From assembly GCA_938091905.1 (NCBI GenBank), contig CALKOM010000046.1, forward strand, positions 1-64,000: a stretch of DNA of 64,000 bases. Reading direction: 5' to 3'. The notes under the pieces were generated by a model, which was not told where the DNA came from, did not search any database, and saw nothing but the letters and a program-made list of their open reading frames with translations. Positions 30,686-40,776 of the stretch are shown piece by piece (position 1 is the first letter of the stretch; each line of letters opens with the position of its first letter). Origin of the DNA: an uncultured Verrucomicrobiales bacterium. Its GTDB lineage: Bacteria; Verrucomicrobiota; Verrucomicrobiia; Verrucomicrobiales; DEV007. Both the position numbers and the translations under genes were made by a program.

Positions 30686-33600
30686 ATGACATCCCCGTCT
30701 CACCTGGGTAGGCTCTGTCTTCCCGGTATCCTTGCGTCTTTCACACTCCTTCCATGGCAAACTGGCCAGGCGGACGTGATCATCAATGAAATCAGCGCTG
30801 CTAGCAGCGAGCGTGTGTTACGCTTTGACGATCAGGATCGGCCGCGGCTAGGAGCCGGGCTGGGCTGGATGGATCCTGGGTTTGATCAGTCCTATTGGAA
30901 GACGGGTTCTCAGCCGTTTGGCTTCGGCGCGGGCAAGGCGACGGACTTGCGAGAGGAAATGCAAGGGGTCACGCCTTCGCTCTACCTGCGCAAGACCTTC
31001 ACCGTGTCGGCGGATGTGGCTGCGCTACGAAAGCACTTCTTGGTGAAGGCGAAATTCGACGACGCCTTTGTTGCCTACGTGAATGGAGTCGAGATTGGGC
31101 GCGCGAATCTCGGGCGTGAGAACGGGTTCGTTTATGCCGACCAGACGAGTCTCAATGAAATCTCTAGCTCCGATGCCAATAAGACACACTTGATTGCGGG
31201 TCCATGGGCTGACGAAATCTTGGTCGAGGGAGAGAATGTCTTTGCAGTCCAGGTGCACAACACTGTTCCAGAAGCACTCGACGAGGATGAATTGAACGAT
31301 GATAGGACCTTGCATTTTGAGGCGGAGCTGACGCTTGGTTTGGGTATTTTTCAGGGGGAGCCTTCGACCAAGATTCCTTTTGATAACGATGATTACAGCT
31401 ACTTTGTGGGAGTGGTGGAACCCTCGGGTGGTCTATTCGATCACGAGTTGATCGAGACGAATGTGTTTAAGAACGGATTCTCCGACTGGATTGAGTTGCA
31501 TAACAATGGCGCTGAGGCTGTAAGCTTAGCTGGTTGGTCACTCAGTGATGATCGTGATGTGTCAGACATGTGGACCTTTCCTAAGGAAATTACGATTGCT
31601 GCGGGCGGCTATCTGGTTGTCTTGGCAGATGATCTGAGTGATTCAGGGACAGCAGGCGCCTTCCTCCATACGAACTTCAAGTTAGCAGCAGATGGGGACG
31701 ACGTGCTTCTCTACAATGGTGCTGGCGAACTTGTCAGTGAATTGAACAACTTCCCAAGCCAAAACTCTTTTCACTCGTATGGAACCTCGACCACTGGTGC
31801 AGACTTTGTCTATCATTCCATGCCATCACCTGGCACTGCGAACGCAGGCGACGAATTTATCGACGTCGTCAAATCACCCAAATTTAGCGTGAGCCGCGGG
31901 TTTTATAGTGAGGCCGTGGACCTCAAGCTAACGACTGCGACTGAAGATGCAGAAATTCGTTTCACGATGGATGGCTCTGAACCGACGCTATGGAACGGCG
32001 AAGTTTACAATGGTGTGATCAAGATTGCGGCGATTGATAACAAGACTGGCACTGTAATACGTGCGGCGGCCTTCAAGGACGGCATGATTGCCTCCAAGAT
32101 TAAAACGCACACTTACCTCATTGACCAGCATGAGTCGTTTCAGGATGTGCCGACGATCAGTCTCGTGGGTGATGCTGGGAAGACCTTTTACGCGCCTCAT
32201 GGTGTCATGACCGTGGAGGGTGGTGCTGGGTTGGGTGACAGTTGGCGCGCGACTGATATCCAAGACTACTACATGCCCTATGGACACGGGCGTCCTTTTG
32301 AGCGGAAAGCCTCGATGGAGCTGATCTATCCAGATGAGGATGGTGAGAATATCCAGTTAGAAGCCGGATTGCGCTTGGCTGCGAGTGATTGGTCGCGAGG
32401 GCGGTTTCGATTGAACGAAACCGAGAAGAGTCCTTGGACTAGCAATGCAGCGCACAAGCCCTCATTTAATTTGTTCTTTCGAAATGAATATGGGGACGAA
32501 GAACTCGATTTCCCGCTCGTAAAGAACTATCGCGTGCGCAAATTTGACCAGCTTCGGCTCCGTGCCGGTAAGAACGATATCCGGAACCCGTGGATCAAAG
32601 ATGAGCTCGCCCGTCGCCTCTTCGGAGACACTGGGCAATTGAGTTCTCAGGGCATTCAGAGTGCGGTCTTTGTAAATGGTGCTTACAAAGGCTACTACAA
32701 CACGGTGGCACGCCTTCGGACAACCCTATTTCAGGAGTACTACGGAACTAGCGAGCCTTGGGACATCAAACACATTCGCTCGTGGACAGAAGGAGATGAT
32801 ACCTTCTACGAGCAAGCGGTTGATTTGTTAGAAAAAGATCTCGATAACCTTGAGAACTACCAAGCAGCCTTGGCGATGGTCGATCCTGTCAATATTGCAG
32901 ACTACCTGATTGTGAATACTTATGGGGCCACCTGGGACTGGCCACACAACAACTTTGTCATGGCGCGGGAGCGCTCGGAGACAGGCAAGTGGCGGATGTA
33001 CCTGTGGGATGCGGAAGGCGTCTTCGGCCAGAGCGGGGATCACGGCCAGACGCGTAAGGTCATTCAGACGGATATCTTGGACAACAGTCGCGTGAATGCC
33101 ACCAACAAGAATATCGTTGAGGTGTCCCAGCTCCTCATGGAGTCCTCGGAGTTCCGTTTGTTGTTCGCAGACCGACTACAAAAGCACTTCTTCTCGCCAG
33201 ACGGTGCGCTTACTGAGGACAATGCCATCCGTCGGATGGAGGAACTGGCGGATGAAATTGAGAGTCTCATGCGGTTCAGCGGCAATGGCGCGCCGAATCT
33301 TGGAGTGGTCCGTTCCTGGATTGAGAAACGCGAGAAGGAACTCTTCTCCAAGGGGCACTTCACCGATGTAGGGCTCTGGCCGGACACTCAAGCACCAGCC
33401 TTCCGAAAGCATGGCGGCACTGTCGCCACGGGTTTCGAAGCCAAGTTGAGTGCTGGAACGATCTTTAATCCCCAGGATGGTGATATCATTTACACCACAG
33501 ACGGCTCGGACCCACGCCTCATGGGGGGCGCAGTGAATCCCGAGGCCAAAGTGTATGTCACGGCCGAGCCGATCGTTCTAACGGAAGCGACAACGGTGCA

Positions 33601-34618
33601 TGCTCGTGTAAAGAATGGCGATGACTGGAGTGCGATCACCTCTGCCGACTTCCTCGTTGATCTTATTCCAGCCACCTCAGAATCTTTTGTTATCTCGGAG
33701 ATCATGTATGATCCAGCGGCGCCCTCTGAAGCAGAGCTGGCAGCCGGACATAGCAAGTCTGACTTTGAGTACATCGAGATCTACAACGCCTTCGAAACGG
33801 CGATTGATTTGAGTGACCTCAGCCTGATCGAGGGCGTACGATTCGACTTCAATTCTGGTAGTCTACTTTCTCTGGCACCGCAGAGTTACGCTGTGATCGT
33901 TGCGGACATTGAGGCTTTTCAAATGCGTTATGGAACGACGGCATCGATTGCTGGGAGGTTCGGAAAGAGTTTGAACAATGATGGTGAAACGATCGAGGTC
34001 ACCACGCCGCTTGGTGAAACGATTAAGAAGCTCACGTATGCTGATCGCGTCCCGTGGCCAGCTGAAGCCGATGGAGATGGCTTTTCACTTGAATTGGTTG
34101 GTCCGGGCGACAATCCAGATCCGAACGACGCTGGCAACTGGGTAGCGAGCGCCGTCGAAGGCGGTTCTCCGGGCGCAGCCAGCGGCGAAGGTGGCGGTGG
34201 GGGAGACAATACTTATGAGACCTGGAAGATGGCCCATTTCAGCGCTGACGAGCTTGGCAATGAAGCAATTTCTGGACCGAACGGGGATCCTGATGGTGAC
34301 TCACAAACGAATTTGTTAGAGTTTGCTGCTGCTACTCTGCCCAAAGATCTCCATTCGGTTTCCTCCCTTAACGTGGCTGACGATGCTGGCCATGTGACCA
34401 TTATACTAACAAGAGGTAATGATGTTTCCGGAATAGCAGACGTGCTCGAGTGGGCCACTGATTTGAATGTCTTCACAGATGCCAGCGCCAGTTTCTCTGT
34501 GCAGTCTCAAGAAGACGTCGGAGACGACGTTTCCCGGATCACCTATCGGAGCAACGAAACCCGGGAAATGTTGGGAGATGACGTAGGCTTTGTCCGTCGT
34601 CGGGTTGACCTACAATAG
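30686..34618 (+). CDS. Secreted lamin-tail-domain / CotH kinase-family protein
   Basis: VIINEI, DWIELHN, YTTDGSDP, DWPHNN..WDAE, ISEIMY..EYIEI, WPAEADGDGFSL. Confidence 0.88.
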   Translation: MTSPSHLGRLCLPGILASFTLLPWQTGQADVIINEISAASSERVLRFDDQDRPRLGAGLGWMDPGFDQSYWKTGSQPFGFGAGKATDLREEMQGVTPSLYLRKTFTVSADVAALRKHFLVKAKFDDAFVAYVNGVEIGRANLGRENGFVYADQTSLNEISSSDANKTHLIAGPWADEILVEGENVFAVQVHNTVPEALDEDELNDDRTLHFEAELTLGLGIFQGEPSTKIPFDNDDYSYFVGVVEPSGGLFDHELIETNVFKNGFSDWIELHNNGAEAVSLAGWSLSDDRDVSDMWTFPKEITIAAGGYLVVLADDLSDSGTAGAFLHTNFKLAADGDDVLLYNGAGELVSELNNFPSQNSFHSYGTSTTGADFVYHSMPSPGTANAGDEFIDVVKSPKFSVSRGFYSEAVDLKLTTATEDAEIRFTMDGSEPTLWNGEVYNGVIKIAAIDNKTGTVIRAAAFKDGMIASKIKTHTYLIDQHESFQDVPTISLVGDAGKTFYAPHGVMTVEGGAGLGDSWRATDIQDYYMPYGHGRPFERKASMELIYPDEDGENIQLEAGLRLAASDWSRGRFRLNETEKSPWTSNAAHKPSFNLFFRNEYGDEELDFPLVKNYRVRKFDQLRLRAGKNDIRNPWIKDELARRLFGDTGQLSSQGIQSAVFVNGAYKGYYNTVARLRTTLFQEYYGTSEPWDIKHIRSWTEGDDTFYEQAVDLLEKDLDNLENYQAALAMVDPVNIADYLIVNTYGATWDWPHNNFVMARERSETGKWRMYLWDAEGVFGQSGDHGQTRKVIQTDILDNSRVNATNKNIVEVSQLLMESSEFRLLFADRLQKHFFSPDGALTEDNAIRRMEELADEIESLMRFSGNGAPNLGVVRSWIEKREKELFSKGHFTDVGLWPDTQAPAFRKHGGTVATGFEAKLSAGTIFNPQDGDIIYTTDGSDPRLMGGAVNPEAKVYVTAEPIVLTEATTVHARVKNGDDWSAITSADFLVDLIPATSESFVISEIMYDPAAPSEAELAAGHSKSDFEYIEIYNAFETAIDLSDLSLIEGVRFDFNSGSLLSLAPQSYAVIVADIEAFQMRYGTTASIAGRFGKSLNNDGETIEVTTPLGETIKKLTYADRVPWPAEADGDGFSLELVGPGDNPDPNDAGNWVASAVEGGSPGAASGEGGGGGDNTYETWKMAHFSADELGNEAISGPNGDPDGDSQTNLLEFAAATLPKDLHSVSSLNVADDAGHVTIILTRGNDVSGIADVLEWATDLNVFTDASASFSVQSQEDVGDDVSRITYRSNETREMLGDDVGFVRRRVDLQ

Positions 34619-34630
34619 TCTGTTCGTATC

Positions 34631-35296
34631 TTAGACAGAGGTCCTTTCGAGGATCTCTGCCAACGAGGCTTCGGCCATGCTCTCAAGCGCCAAGTCGGCA
34701 TCAGAGAAGTCTGAATGCTTCGTCACGTAGTTAGGAATGATCACGCAGGGGATAGAGGCAGCCCGAGCTGCTTGGAGGCCATTGTGAGAGTCCTCAAAGA
34801 TGAGGGCTTCCTCAGGCTCAACCTCTAGCATGTCCGCTGCCGTGACGAAGAGTTCAGGTGAGGGCTTGGCTTCGCTCACATGATCCAGCGTGCGGATCAC
34901 GTGGAAATAGTCGGTCAGCTGAAGGCGAGTCAACCATGGATCGATCCAATCGGAAGGAGAACTCGAAGCGATTGCTAGCTTGAGCCCGGCTTCATGCGCT
35001 TCAGAGATGCGTTCACGGACACCGGGTAAGGTGTCTCGCTCGGCTAAAGTTGTTTTCACTCTAGCGCGGTGCTCCGAATGCAAGTTGGTCGTATCTAGTG
35101 GTGCTCCCACTAGATCCTGCAAATGCTGAATCGGGTCAAAGCGTTGAATCGTTGACCCGACGCATTGGACATAGGTCTCTAACGTAAGATCATGGCCATG
35201 ATCTTGGTAGAGTTGTCGCCATGAATCGTAGAGAGGCGTTTCTGTATCGACGACGAGGCCGTCAAAATCGAAGATAAGAGCTTTAGTCCGAGACAC
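34631..35296 (-). CDS. HAD-family hydrolase (IA)
   Basis: FDFDGLVVDTE, KPSP, FEDS.NG. Confidence 0.9.
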   Translation of the reverse strand: MSRTKALIFDFDGLVVDTETPLYDSWRQLYQDHGHDLTLETYVQCVGSTIQRFDPIQHLQDLVGAPLDTTNLHSEHRARVKTTLAERDTLPGVRERISEAHEAGLKLAIASSSPSDWIDPWLTRLQLTDYFHVIRTLDHVSEAKPSPELFVTAADMLEVEPEEALIFEDSHNGLQAARAASIPCVIIPNYVTKHSDFSDADLALESMAEASLAEILERTSV

Positions 35297-35299
35297 AAT

Positions 35300-36070
35300 C
35301 TACATGCCCATGATCTGATACCCACCATCGACATAGAGGACTTGGCCCGTGATTGAGGCTGCGCCTTCACTTGCAAGAAAGACACCCGTCTGGCCGAGCT
35401 CTTCGCCGGTGCAGCTACGCTTCAAGGGCGCGTGCTCGTTGTAGTGATTCACCATGTCGGTGAAGCCACCAATCCCGCGTGCGGCTAGTGTTTGCATGGG
35501 CCCAGCACTGATGCAGTTCACGCGGATCTTCTTCTCACCTAAATCATAGGCCAGGTAGCGGGTGGAGGCTTCCAGGCTGGCCTTCGCCACTCCCATGACA
35601 TTGTAGTGTGGCACGACTTTCTCGGCTCCGTAGTAGCTCATGGCGACCACACTGCCGCCGTCGGACATCATAGGAGCGGCACGCTGACAAAGAGCCACCA
35701 AGGAGTAGGCGCTGATGTCGTGCGATACGGCAAAGGCTTCCCGTGAAGTTTCGAGAAAGTTGCCGGTGAGAGCTTCGCGAGGCGCGAAGGCCACGGAGTG
35801 AAGCATGAGGTCGATCTTATCTGTGTGGCTCTTCACCTTATCGAAGAAGCCATCGATCTCCTCATCCTTGGAGACGTCACAGGGATACAGGGGAGTGTCT
35901 TCGCCAAAGGTGCTGGCGAGGTCTGCCACGTTGTCTTTAAGCCGATCTCCTTGGTAGTTGAAGATCAGATTGGCCCCGGCATCTGCCCATGCCTTGGCGA
36001 TGGCCCATGCAATACTACGCTTGTTAGCGACGCCAAAGACAACGCCCGTCTTTCCACTGAGAATGCTCAT
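35300..36070 (-). CDS. fabI: Enoyl-ACP reductase
   Basis: GVANKRSIAW, YNVMGVAKASLE, ISAGP. Confidence 0.95.
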   Translation of the reverse strand: MSILSGKTGVVFGVANKRSIAWAIAKAWADAGANLIFNYQGDRLKDNVADLASTFGEDTPLYPCDVSKDEEIDGFFDKVKSHTDKIDLMLHSVAFAPREALTGNFLETSREAFAVSHDISAYSLVALCQRAAPMMSDGGSVVAMSYYGAEKVVPHYNVMGVAKASLEASTRYLAYDLGEKKIRVNCISAGPMQTLAARGIGGFTDMVNHYNEHAPLKRSCTGEELGQTGVFLASEGAASITGQVLYVDGGYQIMGM

Positions 36071-36129
36071 ATGCCCGCGTAACACGGCTGGTTGAGCTTG
36101 TAAAGGAATGACCTCGTGAGGGCGGAAAG

Positions 36130-36930
36130 CTACTCCTGGCCCATCTCGATAGACCGCTGGGTCGCTGCATTCACCGCCGCGATCATGGCATTTCTCCCAC
36201 CTTCGCGTTCTAGCGCCGCGATCGCTCGAATGGTGGTGCCACCGGGACTCGTGACTTGATCTTTGAGCACGCCGGGGTGTTCGCCTGTTTCGAGGACCAT
36301 CTTCGCTGCTCCCATCACGGTTTGGGCTGCGAGTTCGATGGCAACAGGCCGGGCGAGGCCATTGAGGACGCCGGCATCGGCCATGGCTTCAATCAGGACG
36401 TAGATGTAGGCAGGCCCACTGCCACTCACGCCGGTCACGGCGTCGAGCAGACGTTCCGAAACTTCGTGGGCAATCCCCACGGACTCTAACAAGTATTTGG
36501 TCGTCTTGGCATCCTCCTTGGTGGCGTTCGACCCAAGAGTGAATCCGGATGCCCCGGCACCAACCAGAGCTGGTGTGTTCGGCATGACTCGGACTGCCCT
36601 CTGCGCCTCACCCAAGTTGGACTCTAACACAGCAAGGCTGACGCCAGCAGCGACGGAGATGCAAAGGCAAGACTTCTTTGACGAGGCAATCTCTTGGGCG
36701 ACCCAAGAAATTCCATCGGGTTTCACGCAGAGTAAGAGAACATCGGATTGCTCTGCCACACTAAGGTTAGATTCGGATGCTTCCACTCGAGGATCGGATG
36801 CCGCGAGAGACTCCATGGCTGCCGGATAGGCATCGAAGACCCAAGCCTTCTCGACGTCTTCTGATCCAGCGAGCACACCACGTAAGAGCGCGCTCCCCAT
36901 TTTTCCGCATCCTATGAGTCCAATCTGCAT
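36130..36930 (-). CDS. proC: Pyrroline-5-carboxylate reductase
   Basis: IGCGKMG, RVMPNTP, SGSGPAY, VTSPGGTT. Confidence 0.96.
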   Translation of the reverse strand: MQIGLIGCGKMGSALLRGVLAGSEDVEKAWVFDAYPAAMESLAASDPRVEASESNLSVAEQSDVLLLCVKPDGISWVAQEIASSKKSCLCISVAAGVSLAVLESNLGEAQRAVRVMPNTPALVGAGASGFTLGSNATKEDAKTTKYLLESVGIAHEVSERLLDAVTGVSGSGPAYIYVLIEAMADAGVLNGLARPVAIELAAQTVMGAAKMVLETGEHPGVLKDQVTSPGGTTIRAIAALEREGGRNAMIAAVNAATQRSIEMGQE

Positions 36931-37000
36931 AGGGACTCCTATAGAATGCTTAGAGGGATTTGTCGAACGGCGAAGAGGCTGTGCTGGTCTCTCGGCCTGG

Positions 37001-37264
37001 CTAGCCGTGCGGGTTCAGGACGAGTGATAGGGGGATATCCTTACCACGTTCCGCATTTGGGACTCCTCTTTGGGCAGCAAGGCAGTCGTAGAATTCGATT
37101 CCCAAGCAATGACCAATGGCATTGCCGACATGCTCGACTGCCTCGAAGCGCGCGCGACGCGTTTGTGTCATGATCGGTTTTCGATGCATACTTTTGAGGT
37201 AACGTTCCTTTCGAAGTTGAGCGCGACGAGAGGTGAAGTAGTTTGACGAGTTTTTGAGGTTCAT
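37001..37264 (-). CDS. Small basic hypothetical protein
   Basis: 87-aa ATG ORF after an AT-rich intergenic region; no recognisable motif. Confidence 0.35.
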   Translation of the reverse strand: MNLKNSSNYFTSRRAQLRKERYLKSMHRKPIMTQTRRARFEAVEHVGNAIGHCLGIEFYDCLAAQRGVPNAERGKDIPLSLVLNPHG

Positions 37265-37554
37265 TTTTCAGAGTGGTATTGTTGATCTACCCAGTAAACG
37301 CAATTGGCTGTCGAAAGATTCATCAGATCTTTAAATAGATTCGAATCGCTAATTAGTTAGGCCTCAACTTATCTCGCCACTATTAGCAGCCTATAGAAAG
37401 GCCTTAGCGCTCACAGACTTGCTACTTCCTTATTAGCAGTTGCCGTTAGAATTCAATAAAATAGTGTTAGTTTAAATTGATCGTGATCGCAACTGCCATC
37501 GAGTTATTGCGCGTTTTTGAATCAGAGAAGCCCATGTGCTGAGCGTTGACGAGG

Positions 37555-37929
37555 TCAGGATGTTTCAGGTTGGTTTCGCATGAAATCAGCCACCTGCATA
37601 AAGAGTGCCCACATCTCTTCACGAGCAGGCGAAGGAGTCTCACATTCTTCCATCGCCTCGCTCATGAGCCGTAGCCAGCGGTCACGCTCTGGAACGCCGA
37701 TCTTGAAGGGCAGGTGACGCATGCGTAGCCGCGGGTGCCCACGTTCTTCAATGTAGTGTTGTGGCCCCCCAAACCGGTAGACTAGGAAATCTCGCAGGCG
37801 CTGCTCTGCACCTTCCCAATCGTCTGCCGGATACATGGGACCGAGGAGATCGTCTGACGGGACTCGCTTATAGAATGCGGCAACGATGGCACGGATGCCG
37901 TCATCGCCGAGCTGTTCGTAGATGGACAT
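37555..37929 (-). CDS. Group II truncated haemoglobin
   Basis: SIYEQLG..FY..GGP..Y..RGHPRLRMRH.PF.I..RDRW. Confidence 0.92.
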   Translation of the reverse strand: MSIYEQLGDDGIRAIVAAFYKRVPSDDLLGPMYPADDWEGAEQRLRDFLVYRFGGPQHYIEERGHPRLRMRHLPFKIGVPERDRWLRLMSEAMEECETPSPAREEMWALFMQVADFMRNQPETS

Positions 37930-37996
37930 ATGAGGAGACTCTATTGACCAAGCCGCACGCTTTACAAGCACGGCAATCATCGAGAGGTTTGGGTTC

Positions 37997-38698
37997 ATGA
38001 ACGAGACGACTTCTCCGAAACCCAAGCGCCAGTTTGGCTGCGTTCAGGTGATCATTATCATGTTGCTCACCGGGCTCGTCTCGGCTGGCGGCATGCTTTG
38101 GTGGGCCAAAAGCTACTTTTATGCCAAGGAGCTGGCTCCCGTGGCCTTGTCGACCGAAGAGACCCAGCAACTAGATAGGAAATTGCAGCGCCTTGAGAAA
38201 GCCGCCATGGGTGGCGATTTTCCAGAGGCGCCCTCGGAGGGCCAAGTGTTAGATAATGTGGATCAGGATCCTAATGCGGAGGCATACTCCGAAGTGGGGG
38301 CCAATCGCGAGATTGAGTTGAGCGAACGCGAATTAAATGCACTGATTGCGAAGAATGACCCAGATGCTGCTAAACACTTTGCGGTCGATCTTTCGAAGGA
38401 TCTCGTTAGTCTTAAGGTGATTGTGCCGGTCGATGACGATGCTCCCATCGTGGGGGGGAAGACGATTCGGATCAAGATGGGTGTAGGTGCGAAGTACGAT
38501 GCGGGGAAGTTGCAACTTGTCCTACGAGGAATCTCGTTGGGAGGCATACCCATGCCCAGTGCTTGGTTAGGCGACCTGAAGGAGAAGGACTTTATCCAAG
38601 AGTTTGGCGAGAACGGAGGCTTCTGGAAACAATTCTCCGATGGTATTGAGCACCTGGAAGTGCTGAATGGCAGGATCAAGGTGAAACTGCGAGGGTAG
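37997..38698 (+). CDS. Hypothetical membrane-anchored protein
   Basis: 233 aa with an N-terminal TM helix. Confidence 0.75.
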   Translation: MNETTSPKPKRQFGCVQVIIIMLLTGLVSAGGMLWWAKSYFYAKELAPVALSTEETQQLDRKLQRLEKAAMGGDFPEAPSEGQVLDNVDQDPNAEAYSEVGANREIELSERELNALIAKNDPDAAKHFAVDLSKDLVSLKVIVPVDDDAPIVGGKTIRIKMGVGAKYDAGKLQLVLRGISLGGIPMPSAWLGDLKEKDFIQEFGENGGFWKQFSDGIEHLEVLNGRIKVKLRG

Positions 38699-38715
38699 CA
38701 CGGTTTCTGAGCGAC

Positions 38716-39645
38716 TCAGTCGCCGAATTTCTCGGAGAGGTAGCGCTCGGCTTCAAGAGCAGCTGCGCAGCCTGACCCTGCGGCAGTGATCGCTTGGCGA
38801 TAGTCATGATCGGCGACATCGCCGGCAGCGAAGACACCTTCGAGACTGGTCTGAGTACCCTTTTCCTGGAGCAGGTAACCGTTTGAATCAAGCATCACAA
38901 GGTCGCCTAAGAATTGCGTATTGGGGATGTGGCCGATGGCGACGAAGACACATTTGACATCGACCAAAGACTCTTCATCGGATTTCCGGTTCTGTAGACG
39001 AATCTGAGTCATTTCGCCCTTGTCATCAGTGATGTACTCGGAGACGACACTATCCCAAATGGGCTCGATCTTGTCGTGAGCGAGGACGCGGTCTGCCATG
39101 ATCTTCGACGCCCGGAGTTCGTCGCGTCGGTGGACGATGTAGACCTTTGAGGCAAACTTGGTTAGGAAAGCGGCCTCCTCACAGGCGGAATCGCCTCCGC
39201 CGATGACCGCGACAGGAACATCTGGATAGAAGGCGCCATCACACGTGGCGCAGGAAGTGAGGCCATGCCCGACAAGTTCTTTCTCGTTGGGGAGCCCAAG
39301 ATGGCGCGGAGACGCACCCGTTGCGATAATGATGCTTCGAGCCTCATAGGACTTCTCGCCTGCCGTGACCACGAAGGTATCATCGGCGAGCTTCTCCACC
39401 TTTGTCGCGGCGACATACTCGATGCGCGTGCCAAAGCGCTCGGCTTGCTTCTGCATCCTCATCATCAGTTCTGGTCCCATAATTCCTTCTGGGAACCCTG
39501 GGTAATTCTCGACTTCAGTGGTGGTGGTGAGCTGTCCGCCAATCTGATCACCTGCGAGCACGAGGGGGGTGAGATTGGCTCGAGCGGCATAGATTGCAGC
39601 AGTCCAACCGGCACAACCGGTTCCAATGATGATCACGTTTTCCAT
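38716..39645 (-). CDS. trxB: Thioredoxin reductase
   Basis: GGQL..VENYPG, CATCDG, GGGDSA, FAAGDV..YRQAI. Confidence 0.96.
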   Translation of the reverse strand: MENVIIIGTGCAGWTAAIYAARANLTPLVLAGDQIGGQLTTTTEVENYPGFPEGIMGPELMMRMQKQAERFGTRIEYVAATKVEKLADDTFVVTAGEKSYEARSIIIATGASPRHLGLPNEKELVGHGLTSCATCDGAFYPDVPVAVIGGGDSACEEAAFLTKFASKVYIVHRRDELRASKIMADRVLAHDKIEPIWDSVVSEYITDDKGEMTQIRLQNRKSDEESLVDVKCVFVAIGHIPNTQFLGDLVMLDSNGYLLQEKGTQTSLEGVFAAGDVADHDYRQAITAAGSGCAAALEAERYLSEKFGD

Positions 39646-39654
39646 ATGGCGGCG

Positions 39655-39702
39655 ACTTTGGTGTCTTCTTTGATGACCACTTTGGTGTCTTCTTTGATGA
39701 CC
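39655..39702. repeat. Perfect 24-bp tandem duplication ACTTTGGTGTCTTCTTTGATGACC x2
   Basis: Read directly, in the trxB/ABC divergent intergenic region. Confidence 0.95.
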
Positions 39703-39780
39703 ATCAAGGACGCATTTCATTCCAAGAAATCTGATGAGCGGACTCTGGACAGGATTCTGAGAGCTTGCTACATAGCCGCT

Positions 39781-40761
39781 ATGCGATTGAGCCTATCCTA
39801 CGTGATCGTTTTGACAGCCAGCTGCCTCCTGAGCTCGGCTTGTCTGCGAAAGGAGCAGCCAACGGGATTTAGGATCGCGGTGATTCCGCAGAAGACTTCG
39901 TCTGCCTACTGGCAAGCTGTGCGTGGAGGGGCAATCAAGGCTGAGAGGGAATTGGAGGCTGCTGGTCTAGACGTCGATATCCTCTGGCGAGGACCGACCA
40001 ATCGTCATGACGTGATTTACCAAGCGCAGTTGCTAAGTACCTTTCTTAGCAACCGTGTGAGCGGTATTGTGTTGGCACCAAGTGATCCCGACTCCTTGGT
40101 TGCGCCGGTCAGTGAGGCCATGGCGGCTGAGATTCCTGTGATGATCATCGATGAGCCCATCCATACGGAGAACTATGTGGGTCTGCTCGGTACAGGCCAA
40201 GAGAAGGCTGGGCAGCTTGCCGCGAAGCATGTTGCTAAATTGATCAAAGGGGAAGGAACGGTCGCAATCATCGGGAGTGATTCTCCTTCGACCAATGAAC
40301 AGGCTCGCAATCGGGCCGCGAGGAAGGCGCTGGAGTCGGAGGTGGATATCGTCACGCTCTCTAGCAAGAATGAAACTGCTGAGAGCGTTCAGGAGAGGTT
40401 GGTTGCCGGCGAGGTTGACGCCGTATTCTGCCTGACGTCTGAAACAACTCAAGAAACGCTAGAAACCCTTCGTCATGCGAGTCTGTCTACAGGGCGGGTC
40501 AAGGTTGTGGGCTGGGATGTCACCAGGTCGGCCGAAGACGATCTCACCACGGGGGACCTGCAGGCGCTGATCGTGCAGGACCCTTTACAGATGGGCTACT
40601 TGGCAGTGTTGGGTGTCGTTGGTCACCTCTCTGGGAATTCGTTAGACAAAGAGGTCGATACGGGTGCCTTCCTCATAACGAAGGAGTCGTTGCCTAACAA
40701 GCGAATCCAGGAACTCTTAAAGCCGCCCATTGAAGAGCTTCTCAAGTCTGTGCCACGTTAG
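39781..40761 (+). CDS. Sugar ABC transporter substrate-binding lipoprotein (RbsB-like)
   Basis: LSSAC lipobox; IAVIP..YW..V..GA, GIVLAP, VQDP..MGY. Confidence 0.88.
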   Translation: MRLSLSYVIVLTASCLLSSACLRKEQPTGFRIAVIPQKTSSAYWQAVRGGAIKAERELEAAGLDVDILWRGPTNRHDVIYQAQLLSTFLSNRVSGIVLAPSDPDSLVAPVSEAMAAEIPVMIIDEPIHTENYVGLLGTGQEKAGQLAAKHVAKLIKGEGTVAIIGSDSPSTNEQARNRAARKALESEVDIVTLSSKNETAESVQERLVAGEVDAVFCLTSETTQETLETLRHASLSTGRVKVVGWDVTRSAEDDLTTGDLQALIVQDPLQMGYLAVLGVVGHLSGNSLDKEVDTGAFLITKESLPNKRIQELLKPPIEELLKSVPR

Positions 40762-40776
40762 ACTCCCTTAGCTACC

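Noticed and set aside
39265..39780. N-terminal extension of the ABC binding protein (498-aa ORF)
   Set aside because: It is antisense to trxB; the lipoprotein signal starts at 39781.
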